The translations under genes and the position numbers were made by a program. The notes under the pieces were generated by a model. The model worked only from the letters and a program-made list of their open reading frames with translations, did not search any database and was not told the origin of the DNA. This document shows, piece by piece, positions 40,433 through 53,521 of a DNA stretch of 64,000 nt. Positions within the stretch are counted from its first letter, which is position 1. The number at the start of each line of letters is the position of its first letter. This DNA is from Octopus sinensis (Eukaryota): contig NC_043011.1 in assembly GCF_006345805.1 (NCBI RefSeq), positions 66,166,464 through 66,230,463 of the forward strand. The letters are read 5' to 3'.

Positions 40433-41832
40433 TAGATGCATGTTACATAAATACTTTATACACGTATGATTGAAATATATTTTACATTCTCAAGACGTTA
40501 TATTTCTTGCTCGCATCCCTCTTCTATGTTTATAAGATCAACCAAGCGAAATAAGGTAAGTAATACTATAAGGACATAGATTGTTTTATATATCTCAGCT
40601 TATTTCATAGCCGAGATGGGATGATCATATCAGTTCAGTATAACTGAATACATTAGAGTAAAGAAAATCCTCATCGAGAAGTGTTCTCAGATTGTACAAT
40701 CTTATGATAATCCTTTCTACTACAGAAACAATAAACGGAAATATGGTGATGGATGATAGCCGACTGTATCGACCTCAGAACTGAAATGATAATATGTATT
40801 TCGTTAACAAATACTCCTATCTACCACATACTCTACTCTTAGTTTGATGTCAATTCATAAAATTGATATATATATATATATATATGAATATATATTGCAG
40901 GGATAACGAAGCTTTTTTCCAATACATTATAAGAGCGAAGTGTTATTATAATCACGCCTTTCAAAACCTTACGGCAATGAATTACGTAATCCTTTCTAAA
41001 ACGGTTACAAGCCCTAAACACGTTTTTGGGGGTGGAGCAGGAGTAGTCTATAATATCTATACCAGTGCTCAACCGGTTCTATTTCATTAACTCCGAAAGG
41101 ATAAAAGGCAGTATCAACCTCGCCGGAATTTGAACATAAAATATAAAGACGGATAGGATGCTGACAACTATTTCGTCCGTTATAGAAAACAAACTGTCAG
41201 CTCACAATATTCAATGAATCACATAATAAATTACATTTCATATCGATCTTTTACCGATATTGTAAATCATTAAAACAAGACAAGTAGTTTTTGTATTTTG
41301 GGCATTGAAATCGTTTAATATTATTTCGAAATTCAGAGAAATCACTGCAAATAAAAGCGAACCTGTGTTGTTTCAATATAGCGTGTCCGTGTAAGATACA
41401 TTAACATTAATTGTGTTCACATATTTTATCGATTTATCACTAATAACCGATAAAATTACTTATCAACTGTGTAGGTGATATTGCAAGAATCAAATGTGCA
41501 TGTAGCTTTCACCATTTTTCTATCCGGCGAACACGATTACAAGTTAAACTTCATTTGCACACTGTCATACAGGTGGAATTTAGTGTATAATTTATGAAGA
41601 TGAAAAAAATGAAATTAAAATTTACGCACACACATACATGCGTCCAGACATTCACAAACACACACTTTCTTGCAAGGAAGCAGAAACTGCCTAAAGAAGG
41701 GAAGTACTTATTTTTTTATACTTTCATGCAAAACATTCAGATATGTTGAAGATCTGTTAAAGTTGTGCACCACATTTTTTATTCGATGCCCAAGTCTTGA
41801 GCCATATATCGTTTAAGTACAGTTATCATTCT

Positions 41833-42167
41833 GTGAAGGCGCATGGCTCAGTGGTTAGAGCGTCGAACTTACGATCATGTGGTTGTGAGTTTGATTACCC
41901 GATCGGGTTCTTGAGCAAGACATTTTATTTCACTTTGCTCCAGTTAACCCAGCTGTAGAAATGAGATGCGACATCACTGGTGCCAAGCTGTATCGGCCCC
42001 TTTGCGTTTCCCTTGGATAACATCAGTGGCGTTTAGAGGGGGAGGCTGGCATGCATGGGCAACTGCTGCTCTTCCATGAAAACACACTTGCTCGGACTTG
42101 TACCTCGGAGGGTAACTTTCTAGATGCAATCCTATGGTCATTCACCACCGAAGGGGGTCTCCCCAAA
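41833..42167 (+). mobile_element. tRNA-derived SINE with a 12-bp target-site duplication
   Basis: ggcgcatggctcagtggttagagcg A-box head; AGTTATCATTCT at 41821-41832 and 42168-42179. Confidence 0.8.
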
Positions 42168-43522
42168 AGTTATCATTCTAGTAAACGTTCGACAAGAGAC
42201 TTTTTTTAATCCAAATTTTATGAGGTGAAAATTTCTGCGGGATCAAATTGACTGCGAATGTGTTTCTTGCCGATTTTATTATTCCAAGTGTGAACCACCT
42301 ATAAATCTACGTCAAAACCAGACACTATTGGTGTCATTTAGTTAGTGACTTTACATTATATTATCAATAAGAACTAATTCACTACGGCCACCACAATAAT
42401 CACTTAATCCACAGATTACATTACTGATAAACATATAACACGATGTGTACTCATATAAAACGCATAAGAATATAGTAAGAATATAGTTATTGAGATACAT
42501 TCATATAGATACATTCAGTTCAAAGCTATCTCAGGTGTATATTTTCACTACATACTCGATCTTTTATCAGCAGGTGTTTAACATCAGTGAACCGCGAAGA
42601 AGTAGGTCATAAATCAAATTCCTGCAGATGCAATAACAATGTCCGGTGCAAATTTCCTATAAATTTCGTTTTATTTCCTTCGATGTTATCAGAACAATGG
42701 CAATTTTACTGAAATGTGTTGGGGGTGTACATACTTCTGTCAGACACACTATATGCATATACACAGATATAAATACATGGGCACATGTAGCATTAATGAT
42801 CCGATGCGCAGATGTGCTAGTTTACATTATTTACACGATGAATATATCATTGTATTGTGTAATATTTTGCCTTCCATATTGATAGAAATAAATGCATCTA
42901 ATATTTTGCAGAAGAAAATTAATAATACGTGAAAATGTTTTGCGAAACAGCAGTTATTATATGAAGGCCATGTGGTGAAATAAAGTTATATTAACCTCTC
43001 ACACATTTGACATTTAGAATAATCCACATTGACTGAGATTTATTTACGCATTTTTATGCATCACAAATATGACAAGTCTGTGCTTTCAAATTTGTTTGAA
43101 ATGCGAAACACTTATGTAGAGAATCACACAAACACGCAGTCAGTGATTATGGAGCATTAAGCAGCAAACGCTACCTATTAAAATGTTGATCGACATAAGC
43201 TACTTATCTTCCAGCAATATTTTCATTGTTATTCTAACATGCCAATACAAACTGACACTTCGTCGGTTACGACGAAGTTTTTTCCAGTTGATCTGATAAA
43301 TGAAAGAAATTGCTCGTGAAATTAACCTGTCTAGTGTCATACACAGGCATACAACCACTTATGTCTGTGAATGTATGTATATGTGTAGGTATGCATGTGT
43401 GTATGCATGCATTTATATATATACATATAAATATGTGTGTGCGTGTGTGTATAGATAGATATACACATGCATATATACATATATACATACATATATATGT
43501 GTATATATATACATATATATAT

Positions 43523-43648
<126 letters not shown>

Positions 43649-43993
43649 AATGCATATGCATGCATATGTATTATGAATCAGTGTATGTTTTCTGAAAGGC
43701 TACACATGTTCTATATTATAAAGAAAATTCCTTATTTGAATTTATATGCCATGTATTTACCGCGTTAGTGTGAGTATACAGTGGGTGGGAAATTGTACAC
43801 ACCAAAGTTTGTAATACCCGGTGAAACATTAATTTCCGACAGCAGAAATGAATTTTTAAGAAGTAGGATATAAAAGTTTAGACGTCAAACAATTCAAAAT
43901 GCTAATAAAATTAATCATTGAATTAATAAACTACAAAAGTCCTAGGTAACATATGTTACAGCGTATTTGAATCGAAAAATAAAACTATTGAAG

Positions 43994-44005
43994 AATACGT
44001 ATAAA
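43994..44005 (+). promoter_or_regulatory. TATA box of gene 3 (AATACGTATAAA)
   Basis: Same 12-mer as at the gene 2 TATA box; TATAAA starts 47 nt before the first ATG. Confidence 0.5.
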
Positions 44006-44046
44006 CAGTTACATATACGGATTACCGTGAGGAAAAGGGAGAAATC

Positions 44047-44315
44047 ATGATGAAACTTATATTTATATATCTTCTTCTCATTGGTATGTAGTTACAGCAA
44101 AATCATTCCTTGTTATATGTCTGAGGAACTGATATATCAATAACACTGAGTAACACAATTTTTGATCTTGAGTTACAACATTTATTTATAGGCACAGGAG
44201 TTCTGGGTTCAGTCCCACTGCTTGGCACATTAGGCAAGTGTCTTCTACTATAGCTTCGGGCCGACCAAAGCCTTGAGTGGATTTGGTAGAGGGAAACAGA
44301 AAGACGTCTGTCGTA

Positions 44316-44349
<34 letters not shown>

Positions 44350-44916
44350 GTATGTGTCTGTATAATTGTGCGTCTGTGTTTGTCCCCCCAAACATCGCTT
44401 CACAACCAATGCTGGTGTGTTTACGTCTCCGTCACTTACAGGTTCAGCAACAGAGATTACATAGGATAAATCCTGGGTCCGATTTCTTCGACTAAAGGTG
44501 GTACTCCAGCATGGCCTCAGTCAAATGACTGAAACAAGTAAAAGTGTAAAAGAGTATAGGAGTATAAGCATTCCTTTAGGAAGTATCTAAACACTGCCTT
44601 CATTTTGTAGTAATAAATAACAGGTTCTTATGCAATATATTGCTGGGAAAATGTATAAACACAAATGTCATATAGTTTACAGAATGAGGTTTAAACGTAA
44701 TTTATTCAGTGTATGAAAAATATGCAAGAAATAATATGCTAATTTCCAATTTGTAGGTGAAGTACTTACCGCTGATAAGTGCGTCAGATTAGCGGAAACA
44801 TATTGCAAAGAGTCCTTTGTGGAGTATCAGAAAAATAGCCGCATGTGCAAGTATGTATAATATTTCTACAATGAAAGATATTAGACAATGCATGTATGTA
44901 TGCATGTATGTATGGA

Positions 44917-44973
<57 letters not shown>

Positions 44974-47900
44974 GTTTGTGTTTGTGTGAGCGTGTGTGTT
45001 TACGCACGTATGTTAGTGAGTGTAAGTATACACACTTACGCTTATGTATATATATACAATTGCGGCCAAAATGTTCGGAACGGTATAGTTATCGTCAGAA
45101 AAGTAAGTATAAGTTTTTTATCGAAGTAGTTTTATATTCTATAGTTTTCACAAACAATAAACACAATATTAATTGTTATTGTCTGAGATTTTGGTGTAAT
45201 TTGAGAGGATAATACAAAGGTTATAGATGATTTAGTGATTTACTGCAAAACCCATCGCGGCTAAAAGGATGAGAACGGTTGAAAAAATAACAAAATAATC
45301 AAAAATGACAGAGAATACTGAAATTATTTAATCTTTAGTGTGAAGCCCTTTAACTTCAATCACATCCTAACATATTCGACTGCATGAGGAAATTAAATTT
45401 TCAATTTCTTGCTGGGTGATCTTATTCCATTCTTCCTGAAGGGCATTCCATAATTGCTCAGTTGTTTTAGGATTTCTGGCTTTGGAACATTCTTCTAGAA
45501 TATTGCACACATTTTCAATAGGATTGAGATCTGGGCTTTGAGCTGGCCAATCCATAACAATAACCTTTTCAGCCTTGAGGAAGTTCATGACCACCTTAGC
45601 CTTGTGACATGGGGCATTGTCCTGCATGAATATGGGTGGTCGCGTAGTTGAATTTCTCAGCACAGGCAAGACATGATCTTATACAAGTTGTTTATAAACT
45701 CCTGCTTTTAACTTTCCATGTTATCGCACCAAAGGGCCCACACCATCTCCAGATATCATTCCCCAAACCATGACACTTCCTCCACCGAATTTAACACTAG
45801 CCTTAAGGCATTTAGGCAATAATTTTTCACCTACTTTTCTACGAACGTACCTTTTCCCATCTGAGCCAAATAGCATAAACTTAGATTCATCACTGAAATG
45901 CACCTTTTGCCATTTTTCTTGAGACCACAACACATGTTCGGTTGCAAAGGTAAGACAACACTTTTTATTCTTGGAGCTGATCAGTGGCTTCACTGCAGGT
46001 GCTCTTGCTTGTAGGTCATGTTCAACTAAACGACGAGACACAGTTTTTCGAGATAAAGTTTTCTTCAATACAATACTCTTTTTCTCTCTTTTACTCTCTT
46101 TTAACTGTTTCAGTCATTTGACTGCGGCCATGCTGGAGCACCGACTTTAGTCGAGCAACTCGACCCCGGGACTTATTCTTTGGAAGCCTAGTACTTATTC
46201 TATCGGTCTCTGTTGCCGAACCGCTAAGTGACGGTGACGTAAACTCACCAGCATCGGTTGTCAAGCAATGCTAGGGGAACAAACACAGATACACAAACAT
46301 ACACACACACACATATATATACATATATATGACAGGCTTCTTTCAGTTTCCGTCTACCAAATCCACTCACAAGGCATTGGTCGGCCCGAGGCTATAGCAG
46401 AAGACACTTGCCCAAGATGCCACGCAGTGGGACTGAACCCGGAACCATGTGGTTCCTAAGTAAGCTACTTACCACACAGCCACTCTTGCGCCTATTTTCC
46501 GAGAAACAGTAGCAGCAGTTTTAAATCTGTCCTTTTTAACCAACTTTACCATCGCACGATCTTCTCTCTTGGTCGTTTTTCTTGGCCTACCTGTAAACTT
46601 TCTTGCTTCACATGAACCACAATCATCGTAGACCTTAAGAATACCATGTACAACACTTTTTGACTTGTTAACAATCTTTGCAATAGATCGAATACTTAAA
46701 TTATCCTTCCTTCGAAGCTTAATAATCTGCTGACGAATTGGTAACGGTGTAAGTGGCATTATATTAACAAAGTACACTGCAGATATTCTTACTAATGTTT
46801 AGTAAACGAACCGTCATGTAAACAAATTCAAAACATTAGAGTTCGTCGGTTAATTATACTAAAACACGGAGTAAAAGCAACTGTTCTGATCATTTTGGCC
46901 GCCATGGGTTTTGCAGTAAATCACTAAATCATCTATAACTTTTGTATTATCCTCTCAAATTACACTAAAATATCAGGCAATAACAAATAATATTGTATTT
47001 ATTGTCTGTGAAAATTATAGAATATAAAACAACTTTGACAAAAAATTATATCTACTTTTCTGACGAAAACAATGCCGTTCTGAACATTTTGGCCGCAACT
47101 GTATATAGTTATGTAACATCCATGGGTGTATCGCTATAATAATATTATATCGGTATATAATTTACACGCAAGTATAAGCACGTGCCTGTAGATGTATATA
47201 CGAGGAGAAATTAAACATTATCCGTACATTCTTCATAACATACCTTTATTATTATCACATTGTCTTCTGCGCATGCGTGCTTATAGTAAGTACTACTGTA
47301 GACACGTGATCGACTTCCTAGCGTGGTCACGCCATTTTTCTTTCTGGCTTTACAGTGTAAGCATGGCCACTCCACTAAAAATGTGCACCTAAGACAAACA
47401 AATAGCAGCTATCCAATTCATCTGGTGTTTCTGCTGCTGAAAATTATTACACGCTTTTAGCACAATACGGGGATAGTACGCACCATATCGAAAGGCATGC
47501 CAGGCGACGAAGTTTCTTTATTTTATTGAGGCCTACACCGATTACAGTATCAAAAGTATGTTAAAAGTAGGGACAATAAAAATCTATCAACTTATCAAAA
47601 TACACACGTTAAGGTCTTTTTCATACGCATTACGAGCCTGTAATAAAATCTGAAGCTGTAATAAAATTGTCTTTGCTCTGATGAAGATCTGCTTCACCGT
47701 TTGCAGGCACAACACAATCATCTGCAAAGCAGAGCTGCCTTGTTGTAGTGACCCTAGGTTTAGTCCGTACTTTCAGAGGACGGTGTTAAAAAGATATAGA
47801 TACATATTAAAATATACATACCTAATTGTACTTACACTACAAATACACACAATCACACATACGTAATATGCATCTATATACACAAATTTACATATATGTG

Positions 47901-48225
47901 CATTCATAGACTATGAAAATAATGGGTACCGCTAGCAATATACTTATGTGTATCTATGAGAGAAAGCATATTTTTAAATTAGACAAGCATAGGATTAGAA
48001 AATTCGGAAATATTTCATTTGTTACTAGTCAGTTCATCGTGCTTATACGATTATTTTCGTGTTAAATTAAAGTGGAATTGTGAGATACAAGCATACACAC
48101 AGTATATATATATATATTTACGAGGGGTGTGTGAAGAGTATTGAGCCTCAAAAAAATAGCATGGTACAAGACTTCAGATGACGGTACAAGATTTCAAGGC
48201 CCATAGGCCTTGAAAGCTCAAAACG

Positions 48226-48261
<36 letters not shown>

Positions 48262-48411
48262 GTGTGTGTGTGTGTGTGGCACCAATGACGTCGCAACTCA
48301 TTACTACAGCTGAGTGAACTGGAGCAGCGTGAAATAAAGTGTCTTGCTCAAGAAATCAGAACCTCACGATCGTAAGCTCGACGGTCTAACCACTGGGCCC
48401 TGTACCTTCAT

Positions 48412-48454
<43 letters not shown>

Positions 48455-48503
48455 ATCACACACAATTACTATATATATATGCGCATACAAATTTACATGT
48501 ATG

Positions 48504-48551
<48 letters not shown>

Positions 48552-49839
48552 ACACACAATCACTATATATATGCGCATACAAATATACATGTATGAAATA
48601 TATATATATATATATATCTAATGAGGATAAAATTTCTTTCGAAAAAAATATCTTTTCGAAAAATATTTTCACTGACGAAGAGAGGGCTCTTAGTGTCTAA
48701 CTCTGAAATCGGTCCGATATGGTAATAATGGAATTTTTTAGAAATGTCTGTCGACCTTTTTTCGAGTAGCGCGCGTATTGTGAAAAAATTATATGATTAA
48801 TGAACAAAATGTCCAATTATTTGGCATTAGAAATATTTTCGTTTGCCCTCATTTATGAATTATATATATATATATATTCATATATTACACTTTACCCTTT
48901 ACATATGTGTCTGTGTTTGCGTTCGTGTATGTGTATGTGTGTGTGTGTGTGTGTGCATGACTGTATGGAAATACGTATGCAAATACGAGCATCCATTGGT
49001 TTGACTATCACTATAGAGCTAAGCCGTTTCTATCATTATAATATAGCGTATGTAAACACACCTGAAAGTTCTTTGTTATTTACGGAGAGAAAACTACTAT
49101 GGAAGAGTCGTAGTAAACTACTATTATATAATTCTTATTATACTATGACACGTCCATTGTAACTCTCTCTCCGTACCTTACAAAGTCTTTGTGGTTTATT
49201 TACGAATATTATATGTGGTATTAGGCATTTTAAGTATATATTCATTGAATTTGCATGAAATTGATGATTGGATGTTTGGGCCAATCGGATCCGCGAGCAG
49301 CCATGTTAGCGCTGGGTTCGATTCTGGCTAGGTTTAGTCCATCTTTTTTCGGCTATTTATTTTTTATTTATAAATTTTCGCTTCAAATCAGAGAATATAT
49401 ATATAATAATATAGTTATCTGTTTTATGAAAACTTTTTAACTTTTTTCTTTTTTCAGGAGTTACACGGACTTTCTTTCTTGCTTTAATAAACTTGATAGT
49501 ATTTGCCATGACAACTTTAAAAATTTTCACAAGTGTTTCGTAAGTTATTTATTATTAAAGTTTTATTGGCGGACGAATTAAATATTCTGGAATTAAATAA
49601 TTCAGATGTATTAAGTCTCTTTCTTTTCTTGATGTTTTGTTAAAATCAGGCATTCAACAGCAGAAAGGCCACATTAAAAAGTTCCCAGTTTAATATGTTT
49701 CTATTCTTAATATCTTTATTTCCAAATTAGCACGAAAGACCAATAGATTATTTGGTCAAACAAGCAGATGTCTCTGCTAGACTTTCTACAAGCATTATTG
49801 ATCGAACTAATGAAGGTCTTTCCAGAATAGTTAATTAAC

Positions 49840-49877
<38 letters not shown>

Positions 49878-49880
49878 TTG

Positions 49881-49915
<35 letters not shown>

Positions 49916-49941
49916 TTTAATAATAATAATAAAAATAATAA

Positions 49942-50030
<89 letters not shown>

Positions 50031-52200
50031 TAATAATAATAATAAGGCATTTACTGCAGTAATATCACAAAGGTTGAACAAGCACCTGGACGAAAACAAA
50101 CTGTTCCCAGAAGAGCAGAAAGGATGCCGCAAAGGCTCATATGGCTGTAAAGATCAACTAACGATTAATAAAGCCATAACTGAAGACAGCCACAGAAAGA
50201 AGAAAGGCCTCAGTATGGCCTGGATTGACTATAAAAAGGCGTTTGATAGCATCCCCCACACATGGATCCTCGAAACACTAGCCATTAACAAAGTAGCACC
50301 AACAATCATAAAATTCATAGAGCACTCTATGAATAAATGGCAAACAGTCCTACACCTCCAAACAAAAGAGGGACTCATGAAAACCAAAGACATCCCCATT
50401 AGAAGAGGAATATTCCAGGGAGATACGCTCTCTCCACTCCTTTTCTGCTTGGCACTGTCACCTCTATCTGATATGCTAAATAGAACTGGATGCGGATATA
50501 AATGTTACGGCAAAACGATCAGCCACCTTTTATATATGGATGACCTAAAACTATACGCTGCAAATGACAAACAGCTGGAAACACTATTAAAGACAGTTCA
50601 TGGATTTACCAAAGAAATAGATATGAAATTTGGATTAGAAAAATGCGCCAAAGTAACCATGAAAAGAGGAAAACTAGTTAAGTGTAACAACATCACACTA
50701 GATGAAGCAAATGAAATAAAAGAATTAGACCAAAGCCAAACTTACAAATACTTAGGAATCCATGAACTAGATAAGACACAACACACACAAATGAAAGAGA
50801 AAATAAAAAAAGAATATTATAGACGAGTTAGATCAATACTAAACACAGAGCTCAATGCTGAAAACAAGATAATAGGTATCAACACTTTAGCTGTCCCAGT
50901 TATAAGTTACAGCTACAGTATCCTTAACTGGACACGAAATGAACTGACCAAAATAGACAGGAAAACAAGAAAAATAATGACAGGATCTAGGATGCATCAC
51001 CCAAAATCTGACATAGAAAGACTATATATACAACGTATAGAAGGTGGTAGAGGCCTTATACAGCTGGAAAACTACCATAAAATAACCACCATAGGATTGC
51101 AAAAATATCTACTTCAGAAGGAAGGAAAACTGATAAAAACAGCGGCAAAACACGAGCAAAAAAAAAAACTGTTCTCAGTATTTAAGGAAGCTGACAAATA
51201 CAAACAAGAAATCATACCACCTAATAAACATGGAGAAGAAGAAGAAGAAGATGAAGAAACAACAACAGCTATAAAAAAAAATGAAATCCAAAACTAAAAA
51301 TAGAACAGCAACGAACCATGATAAAACGATGGCAAGAAAAGCCCCTTCATGGTAAATACTGGACTAAACTAAACGCAAAATAAATAGACAAAGAAAAATC
51401 CCAGCAATGGTTGAGAAGCTCAGGACTCAAAGCAGAAACAGAGGGATTTTTAATTGCAGCACAAGACCAAAGCCTCCCCACCAGAAATTACCAAAGACAT
51501 ATAATGAAAAGAAATATTACAAGTAACTGCAGAATATGTGGAGATGGACAAGAAACAATAAATCATATTATCTCTAGCTGCCAGTCCTGGCTAAGAAGGA
51601 ATATATTCACAGACATGACAGAGTTGGAACCTATATACACTGGAAGCTATGCCAACATTACGGAATAACAACAGAAAAAAGATGGTATAGGCACACACCA
51701 GAAAAGGTCACAGAAAACGAGAAAGCAACCAACCATACTCTGGGATATGCCGATACACACAGATAGAGAAATTAAGGCCAACAAACCAGATATAGTTGTC
51801 AGAGACCAGGAAGAAAAAAAATGCTTTCTAATTGATGTATCAGTACCGGCAGATGACAACGTGTCTCTAAAAGAAATGGAGAAACTCTCAAAATACAAAG
51901 ACCTGGAAATAGAGGTAACTAGAATGTGGAATCTGAAAACAGAAACAATTCCTATCATAGTAGGTGCATTAGGCATGATAAAAAAATATTCAGACAAATA
52001 CATAACAAAAACACCAGGACTTACAAACACATATAACATACAGAAAATTGCATTACTAGGCACTGCACACATCCTACGCAGAACACTTTCCATACAATAA
52101 CCATCAGAGCATCACAACAAATCACAGCACATACCCAAGGCACACAGAGCTGCGCTCGGTAGTGAAGTGAAAGCACGCTATAAAAATAAAAATAAAACTA

Positions 52201-52246
<46 letters not shown>

Positions 52247-53422
52247 TATCTACTGCAAAAATATCTACTTCAGAAGGAAGAAAAACTAATACAAATAGCG
52301 GCAAAACACGAGCAAAACAAAAAACTGTTCTCAGTATTTAAGGAAGCTGACAAATACAAACAAGAAAACATACTACCTAATAAATATGAAGAAGAAGAAG
52401 AAGAAGAAGAAGAAGAAGAAGAAGAAGAAGAAGAGAAGAAGAAGAAGAAGAAGAAGAAGAAAAAGAAGATGAAAAAACAACAAAAGCTATAAAACAAATG
52501 TAATCCAAACTAAAAATAGAACAGCCACGAACCATGATAAAACGATGGCAAGAAAAGCCCCTTCATGATAAATACTGGACTAAACTAAACACAAAATAAA
52601 TAGACAAAGAAAAATCCCTGCAATGGTTGAGAAGCTCAGGACTCAAAGCAGAGACAGATGGATTTTTAATTGCAGCACAAGGCCAATGCCTCCCCACCAG
52701 AAATTACCAAAAACATGTAATGAAAAGAAATATTACAAGTAACTGCAGAATATGTGGGGATGGACAAGAAACAATAAATCATATTATCTCTAGCTGCCCA
52801 GTCCTGGCTAAGAAGGAATATATTCACAGACATGACAGAGTTGGAACCTATATACACTGGAAGCTATGCCAACATTATGGAATAACAACAGAAAGAAAAT
52901 GGTATAGGCACACACCAGAAAAGGTCACAGAAAACGAGAAAGCAACCAACCATACTCTGGGATATGCCGATACACGCAGATAGAGAAATTAAGGCCAACA
53001 TACCAGATATAGTTGTCAGAGATCATGAAGAAAAAAATGCTTTCTAATTGATGTATCAATACCGGCAGATGACAACGTGTCTCTAAAAGAAATGGAGAAA
53101 CTCTCAAAATACAAAGACCTGGAAATAGAGGTAATTAGAATGTGGAACCTGAAAACAGAAACAATTTCTATCATAGTAGGTGCATTAGGCATGATAAAAA
53201 AATATTCAGACAAATACATAACAAAAACACCAGGACTTACAAACACATATAACATACAGAAAATTGCACTACTAGGCACTGCACACATCCTACGCAGAAC
53301 ACTTTCCATACAATAACCATCAGAGCATCACAACAAATCACAGCACATACCCAAGGCACACAGAGCTGCGCTCGGTAGTGAAGTGAAAGCACGCTATAAA
53401 ATAAAACTACTGAATAATAATG

Positions 53423-53521
<99 letters not shown>

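Noticed and set aside
41330-42932. Several AG/GT-bounded open segments (41337-41390, 41475-41572, 42574-42710, ORF 42714)
   Set aside because: They show no similarity to the family exons, form no consistent phase chain and have no paralogous support.
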